From IMG/VR virus record IMGVR_UViG_3300050019_000176, positions 1-64,000 of that record: DNA of 64,000 bases; one strand, given 5' to 3'. The position numbers and the translations under genes are program-made. The notes beneath the pieces were generated by a model. It made no database searches. It saw nothing but the letters and a program-made list of their open reading frames with translations, and was not told the DNA's origin. Positions 58,229-64,000 of the stretch are shown here, piece by piece (the stretch's first letter is position 1; each line of letters starts with the position of its first letter). This DNA comes from a virus.

Positions 58229-58807
58229 ATGGGGATGCGGGGGTGTGTCTTGCAGGAATATGAAAAACAGGACGGAATCTATCGGATAGGCAGTCTGATC
58301 GTTGCGCCAAACCTTCCAGAGGTTGTGGTGGCTGGGGCCTACCTGCGGTTCGCCAAAGAAGACCTGCTGGGGCAGATTTTCTACGAAGGTATCCCGTCGA
58401 TGGTGTGGTTCCTGAACGAGTTTCGGAAGCCAGATACCCACCTTCTCGGATGTTACCAACGCGTTGGTGATATGGCCGATCTCCGCGGCCTGGGTTGGGT
58501 CAACAAGATCACCGCAGGAGCGGACGGGTTCCGGCGGGCGGAAGTGGGAATCGCGTTTTTCCGGGGAACCACCCTTCGATCGGTGAAGTTCGGCGGCATG
58601 ATGGTGGACTGGATCTTCGAGAACTGCAAACTCGACATGATCTACGGGACCACCCCCGTGCCCAACGAGCCAGCCTGGAAGTACGCTCGGGCGCTCGGGA
58701 TGACGCTCGCCGGGCCGGTTCCGAATTTCACTTCCTGGAATGGAGAACTGTGCGGGGTATGGATTTCCAGCCTGTCCCGGAAAGATTGGCAGACGATGCG
58801 GGGGTAA
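58229..58807 (+). CDS. GNAT-fold acetyltransferase-like protein
   Basis: IYGTTPVPNEPAWKYARALGM. Confidence 0.65.
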   Translation: MGMRGCVLQEYEKQDGIYRIGSLIVAPNLPEVVVAGAYLRFAKEDLLGQIFYEGIPSMVWFLNEFRKPDTHLLGCYQRVGDMADLRGLGWVNKITAGADGFRRAEVGIAFFRGTTLRSVKFGGMMVDWIFENCKLDMIYGTTPVPNEPAWKYARALGMTLAGPVPNFTSWNGELCGVWISSLSRKDWQTMRG

Positions 58808-58812
58808 TTCTT

Positions 58813-59655
58813 ATGGGCGGAAATAACGACGCAACGAACCAGGAAAACTCGATTGCCCAGCAACAGATTGGCATAGCGCAACAGGCTAACACGCTGTCGC
58901 AACAGCAAATGGCACAGCGTCAAGCGCTTCAGGCGCCAGCCATTGACCAGTTGACGAAGATCATCTCCGGAGACAAGAATGCGTTGACCTCTGCCACATC
59001 GGTGCCCATCGGTCAACTCGCCAAATCGGCGCAGGCGACGAAGGAGAACATCTACGACCAAATTCCGGCTGGAGCCGGACGCGATGTCGCCTTGGCGCAG
59101 AACACGATGAACAAAAACACCGGAGTGGCATCGTTCCTGAACGATACCTACATGAAGGCTTTCCCAGCGCTGGCGCAGATGGGTTCGGAGAGCGGTAACG
59201 TGGGACTTCAGGCACTCGGCGGATCCGAGAACGCATTCAGCGGGGCATCGAGTACCACCGGGCAGGTAATGCAGGCTGATTCCGCGAACAAGGCCAGCAC
59301 GATGGGGTTGTTGGGATCGTTGGCCGGAGCGGGTGGGATGGCAGCAATGGGTAAGAGTGATGCACGGCTGAAAGAGAACGTCGAGACTCTCGACGGAACC
59401 CTTGATAAACTCGATTCGATCCGTGGTGTTCACTTTGACTTCATCGGTGAAAACCCACGCCCTGGTGGCAACATCGGTGTCATCGCCCAGGAAGTTCTGG
59501 AAGTCTTCCCGGAACTCGTCACGACTGACCCATACGACGGCATGTACCGTGTCGACTATGGTGCCCTTTCGGCGGTGGCGATTCAGGCCGTGAAGGAACT
59601 ACACCAGCAGGTGAAGGCGCTTCAGGAGCGCCTTACTGCGCTGGAGGTGAGGTAA
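58813..59655 (+). CDS. Internal virion/ejection protein with a C-terminal peptidase S74 chaperone domain
   Basis: Gln/Ala/Gly-rich N terminus; KSDARLKEN..GVIAQEV..FPELV..VDY. Confidence 0.8.
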   Translation: MGGNNDATNQENSIAQQQIGIAQQANTLSQQQMAQRQALQAPAIDQLTKIISGDKNALTSATSVPIGQLAKSAQATKENIYDQIPAGAGRDVALAQNTMNKNTGVASFLNDTYMKAFPALAQMGSESGNVGLQALGGSENAFSGASSTTGQVMQADSANKASTMGLLGSLAGAGGMAAMGKSDARLKENVETLDGTLDKLDSIRGVHFDFIGENPRPGGNIGVIAQEVLEVFPELVTTDPYDGMYRVDYGALSAVAIQAVKELHQQVKALQERLTALEVR

Positions 59656-59659
59656 CGCC

Positions 59660-61603
59660 ATGGCAACCAGTCAACCAACTCCGGGTATGAGTTTTGGGCC
59701 GTTCAGCAGCATGCTGACCGCGCCAACGTACTCCGCGCAGAATCTGCCACAGAACCACGTCTCCGGGTTCACCGGTCCGGCCGGACAGGTCGCCAACATC
59801 CTCGATCAGTTTATGAAAGGTGCGGCTCTGGGACGCTTCCAGCAGTTCCAGCAGAATGAACTGGCGAAGGCGAAGCGTCACGATGGCATCAACGACCTGA
59901 TGGCGACGATGTCTAGACCCGGGTTTGACCAAAGCATCGCGGCCCAATATCAACCGCAGTTGCTGGCGTGGCAGTCTCAGGACGTGCTGGATTCTACCAA
60001 AAAAGCAGACGACAAGACTCCACCCGGAGCGTTCCATAAAGCGATAGCCGGGGCGCTCAGCGGTATCCTTGGCCCCAAAGCGGAGAAGATTGAACCGCTA
60101 AATCCAGATCTCCTATTGGAGATGCAACAGGCCATCAAAAATCCGAACAACTGGAAACTAGGTGCGATGCCGGGGGTGGCAACGCACGACCTCCCTACTG
60201 CGCCTCCTCCCAGTCAGGCCACACCGCAGATCTCCGGACCTCCGATCCCGCAGCAGTCCGCGCCGCCCCCGGGAATGCCGGCGGTGGCGGCGGCTCCTCC
60301 GATGGCTCCCCTCGGTCCGGTAGTGAACGGTAAGCCGGCGGCCGGTCCGCCGGAGGCGGTCGAACCCTCCGCTCCAGTGACAACCCCGCCACCCACGGTA
60401 TCTCCGGTCGCGGCGCCCATCGCCTACGATCCTACCGCGGCGGTCCAATCCACCCCGCCTCCGGGGGCTCCGCCGAAGCAGACGGTGTATCAGCAGGACT
60501 ACATCAATCGGGTCATGGCCAGCCCGGACTACGCGGAGTACGCAAGGTACGGCAGGAACCTACTGGACAGTTCGCAGGTGAAGGCAACGCTCGCTACGCT
60601 GCCGGTGCGTCCAACAGAGGAGCAGAGGGCTGACATCGCGGAACGTGGCGCACGGACGAACCAGTACAACGCAAACGCGGAGTACATGCGGGGAGGGATG
60701 AAGAATCCCGTGAACATGATCGTCACCACGCCAGACGGTAGATCCACCTCCCATTCGGTGTACAGTTCTTCCACCGCAGACGGAAGGATGCAGACGATGG
60801 ATGTTGCCACAGGGCAACCCCTTGTGATTCCCCCAGGCGCATCGACATCGTTCGAGAAGGCCGCGGCTCCGGGAGCGGCGAAGACCATCTCGACGGCCAA
60901 CGGGTTCTATCAGGTGATGCGCAACGGAACCACGCGGGCGTTGACGGACGAAGGCGACGAAGCGCTGATGCCGCAAGTCAAGATGCTCCCGAAAGTCGAC
61001 CAGAACGGTCAACTGAGGATGGTGAATCCGGTGGACGGAACCTCGATGCAGGCGACCGACGAGGACGGCCAACCCATCAAGATGACCACGGAACTCCAGA
61101 AGATCATCACCCGCGAGGGATACATCGACAATCGCTTCTGGCAGCGCACGGATACCCAACTCGCCGTGGCATTAGGCAAGACACGGCAACAGCAGGCGGC
61201 ACTTACGGGGAGCCTAAAGACCATTAAGAACCCAGCACTGCGGGCGGCCACGCAGGGGCAGATCAACGACCTGATGGATCAGGAACGCGCTCAACTCGAA
61301 GCCTACCGTGCCAGCACTGGAGCGGGAACTCCGGCACGCGGCGGGGCAAAGCCAACAGCGAAGACCACTCCACCTCCGGGTGCTCCAAAACCCGCGCTGT
61401 CCGCTCAGGATTATGCGGCTGCGGCAGCGGCGGGCGGAAAGGCTCCGGCTTCCTCGGCTCCGCCGGCGGCGGGCGGACGCGGTGGCAGGCAGGTTACCGG
61501 CGGAGCCGGGAAAATCAACGTTACTGCGCCGGATGGATCAGTGCATCCATTTGACACACAGGAGCAGGCTGACAATTTCAAGAAAATGGCGGGGATCAAG
61601 TAA
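59660..61603 (+). CDS. Internal virion/ejection protein, Pro-rich
   Basis: Position and composition. Confidence 0.6.
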   Translation: MATSQPTPGMSFGPFSSMLTAPTYSAQNLPQNHVSGFTGPAGQVANILDQFMKGAALGRFQQFQQNELAKAKRHDGINDLMATMSRPGFDQSIAAQYQPQLLAWQSQDVLDSTKKADDKTPPGAFHKAIAGALSGILGPKAEKIEPLNPDLLLEMQQAIKNPNNWKLGAMPGVATHDLPTAPPPSQATPQISGPPIPQQSAPPPGMPAVAAAPPMAPLGPVVNGKPAAGPPEAVEPSAPVTTPPPTVSPVAAPIAYDPTAAVQSTPPPGAPPKQTVYQQDYINRVMASPDYAEYARYGRNLLDSSQVKATLATLPVRPTEEQRADIAERGARTNQYNANAEYMRGGMKNPVNMIVTTPDGRSTSHSVYSSSTADGRMQTMDVATGQPLVIPPGASTSFEKAAAPGAAKTISTANGFYQVMRNGTTRALTDEGDEALMPQVKMLPKVDQNGQLRMVNPVDGTSMQATDEDGQPIKMTTELQKIITREGYIDNRFWQRTDTQLAVALGKTRQQQAALTGSLKTIKNPALRAATQGQINDLMDQERAQLEAYRASTGAGTPARGGAKPTAKTTPPPGAPKPALSAQDYAAAAAAGGKAPASSAPPAAGGRGGRQVTGGAGKINVTAPDGSVHPFDTQEQADNFKKMAGIK

Positions 61604-61606
61604 TCC

Positions 61607-64000
61607 ATGGCCGACGTCGACTACAGCGTACTGGCCCAGCAGGCGAGGGACGCCACCCCGCCGCCGCCGGACTATGCGGCGATGGCCCAACAGGCGAGGG
61701 ACGCCACCCCGCCGCCGCCGGACTATGCGGCGATGGCCCAACAGGCGAGGACGTCTGCGCCAATTGACTACAACGCGCTCGCACAACAGGCCCGTAGCAT
61801 AACAACTACGCCGCGCACCAACCCGGAGGGAATCCTGGAGGGTGTCGGTAAAGATCTCAGCATCGGCTTCCGAACTGGCGTAGCCGACATCGCGCACACC
61901 GCCGCCAATGTCTTGGACAAGACACCGTTCACCGACTTCGCCGACCGCACTCGTGCCTTCGCCGCCGAAGAGGAGCCAAAGCCGGAGGAGACGGTTGACC
62001 GCGGCGGATTCGGTAATGCCCTGGTACAGGGGGTTGGTGGGCTGGTTCCTTCGGCCGTAAAATATGCTCCGGCGATGGTGGCCAAGAAGTGGGCACCACT
62101 CGTGGCCGGTGCTATCGAGGCAGCGGGGAAGGCCGACGAAGGGCTGGTCCCAGCGATCAAGGCTGGAGTGAAGGGTGCTGCCCAGTTCGCTTTGGTTGGC
62201 AAAGCGGCAGACCTACCCACCCGGGCGCAACGCGCGATCGGCATGTCTGCGGCGATGGCCACGCCGGCGCTGATCGAATCAAAGGGGAACACCGCACAGA
62301 CCGCCTCCGCCGCGGTACTCGGCGCAGCGATGGGTGGGTTATCCAAAGCGCCAAAGGGCGAGACATCGCCGGTCATGGATGAAGCCATCTCCGCCGGAAA
62401 GCAGTTGGCGGATAACTTCAAGAGTGTCTTCGACCCACAGTCGCGCGAGTTCAAGGGGAGCACAGCCCCACCGAATGCCGCTGCACAGACAGCGACAGTG
62501 GCCCGCGCTCACCTTGGCGAGATGTGGCAGAAGGGCGTTCAGGTGGAAGATTCGCTAAGGAAGTTGAGTGACTTCTTCGACGAGCAGGCACCAGATCCAA
62601 GATTCCCCGAAGGCCCATCGACGCCGGCCATCGACTTCATGATGGCAATCCGTAAGGGGAATGTTGACCAGTTGCCGGAAATGATGCAGCCGTTCGCCAA
62701 GGTGGTGCGGGACACGTACGACAATCGCGCCGAAGTCATGCAGCAGAAGGGCATCCTGAAAAGCTACGTCGACAACTATTTCGGTCTGTTATGGAAGCGC
62801 GGTGGCGACAATCCGGACTTCCAAGCCATCGCCAAGAAACCCCTGGAGGGGCAGAAGGGATTTGCCAAGCAACACGTTTTCGACGATGTGATGGAAGGAC
62901 TGGAGTACGCGCAACAGAACCCAGACTCCGGGTTGCAATTGGCCTTCAATAACCCGGTCGACTTGGTGATGAGCAAGGTCCGGGAGATGGACAAAGCCAT
63001 CATGGCGCACGATACGCTTTCGGAGATGCGGGACATGGGACTCTCGCAATTCGTGCGGCAGGGTACTCGGGCACCGGATGGTTGGACGCAGATTGATGAC
63101 AAGACGTCGACGGTGATGTTCAAAGACCCCCGGACGGACATGTGGACGCTGGCGGGACACTGGTTCTCACCGGAACCGGCGGCGAAGGTAATCAATAATT
63201 ATCTCTCGCCCGGACTGGGAAAGAACGCTGCTTTCCGCGGATACAAACTGGCCGCCAACACCATGAACCAATTCCAATTGGGATGGTCGGCGTTCCACCT
63301 TGGATTCACCACGTACGATGCCATGCTATCCCAGTTCGCGCTCTCGGCGGAGGAAGCCGCCACCGGCCTTGCACGCAAAGACCCGGCTCTCATGGCGAAG
63401 GCGGCAGGGCATGCACTCACCGCACCATTCGCCGCGTTCGAACCCATCGTGGCCGCTGCAGCGCACCAAATCTCCCCTGAACTTGGGAAGATGTTCCGCT
63501 CGAATCAACTCATGCAGGAATGGCGAAATCCTGGATCGTTCCCCCAACTGGCTCCCATTGTGGAGTATGCCAAGCAGGCCGGCGCCCGCTTCGAATTGGA
63601 CCCATTCTACAAAAACGATCTCTGGCGCAACATGAAGCAGACGTACTACGAAGGCAATGCCCTCGGTGCTGCGCTGAAGTTGCCCACGGCGATAACCGAG
63701 CAGTTGGCGAAGCCCATCATGGAGTACGTGGTACCGCGCCAGAAGGCGGCAGTATTCGCCAAACTGACGGAGTTCGAGGTAGGGAAACTGGGGCCGAACG
63801 CGACACAGATGCAGGTACGCAGTGCGGTACAGTCGGCATGGAATAGCGTCGATAACCGAATGGGGCAACTCGTTTATGACAACCTGTTCTGGAATCGGAC
63901 GGCAAAGGATCTGGCGATGACCAGCATCCGGAGCGTGGGTTGGAACCTGGGAACGTGGCGAGAACTCGGCGGCGGCATGAAGGATTGGGCGAATGCCGTG
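61607..64000 (+). CDS. Large internal virion protein (partial, runs off the window)
   Basis: Open frame from ATG 61607 (MADVDYSVLAQQARD..) to the window end; absent from the ORF track because it has no stop. Confidence 0.75.
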   Translation, partial: MADVDYSVLAQQARDATPPPPDYAAMAQQARDATPPPPDYAAMAQQARTSAPIDYNALAQQARSITTTPRTNPEGILEGVGKDLSIGFRTGVADIAHTAANVLDKTPFTDFADRTRAFAAEEEPKPEETVDRGGFGNALVQGVGGLVPSAVKYAPAMVAKKWAPLVAGAIEAAGKADEGLVPAIKAGVKGAAQFALVGKAADLPTRAQRAIGMSAAMATPALIESKGNTAQTASAAVLGAAMGGLSKAPKGETSPVMDEAISAGKQLADNFKSVFDPQSREFKGSTAPPNAAAQTATVARAHLGEMWQKGVQVEDSLRKLSDFFDEQAPDPRFPEGPSTPAIDFMMAIRKGNVDQLPEMMQPFAKVVRDTYDNRAEVMQQKGILKSYVDNYFGLLWKRGGDNPDFQAIAKKPLEGQKGFAKQHVFDDVMEGLEYAQQNPDSGLQLAFNNPVDLVMSKVREMDKAIMAHDTLSEMRDMGLSQFVRQGTRAPDGWTQIDDKTSTVMFKDPRTDMWTLAGHWFSPEPAAKVINNYLSPGLGKNAAFRGYKLAANTMNQFQLGWSAFHLGFTTYDAMLSQFALSAEEAATGLARKDPALMAKAAGHALTAPFAAFEPIVAAAAHQISPELGKMFRSNQLMQEWRNPGSFPQLAPIVEYAKQAGARFELDPFYKNDLWRNMKQTYYEGNALGAALKLPTAITEQLAKPIMEYVVPRQKAAVFAKLTEFEVGKLGPNATQMQVRSAVQSAWNSVDNRMGQLVYDNLFWNRTAKDLAMTSIRSVGWNLGTWRELGGGMKDWANAV

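Larger units (their letters stand above)
484..61924. repeat. Dispersed 16-bp palindrome TGTCTTG-NN-CAAGACA, 13 copies
   Basis: Starts at 484, 5627, 6925, 17833, 20570, 31856, 34518, 37144, 38860, 43522, 47045, 58154, 61909. Confidence 0.9.

Overview
A 64-kb segment of a large tailed-phage genome (podovirus-like: terminase, portal, scaffold, capsid, tail tubular/spike and ejection proteins; no tape measure or sheath seen). An Acidobacteria-like host is suspected but this is inference only. Left part: small early genes, duplicated LRR genes, a metallophosphoesterase/JAB/dNTP-diphosphohydrolase operon, a strongly C-skewed non-coding stretch and a serine resolvase. At 10.0-15.7 kb (minus strand) is an array of about 34 tRNA genes covering all 20 amino acids, plus tRNA-like RNAs and four HNH genes. 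The array is split into two operons, each behind its own promoter and a short (30-32 codon) leader ORF. The main discovery is that each leader peptide samples the codons read by the tRNAs of its own operon: the Ser/Leu/Tyr/Trp/Cys operon has an S/L/Y/W/C-rich leader, and the other operon has a leader containing all of its 15 amino acids and no L/S/W/C. The second leader is coupled to a clear antiterminator/terminator, suggesting a translation-sensing attenuator that turns on phage tRNA supply when host tRNAs are depleted. Other highlights: an HNH cassette that split a tRNA-Arg(CCG) gene while carrying a replacement copy, a group I intron with a LAGLIDADG gene in the major capsid gene, 13 dispersed copies of a TGTCTTG-NN-CAAGACA palindrome, and several large spike-like proteins with apparent signal peptides. 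All calls are by eye; no databases were searched.
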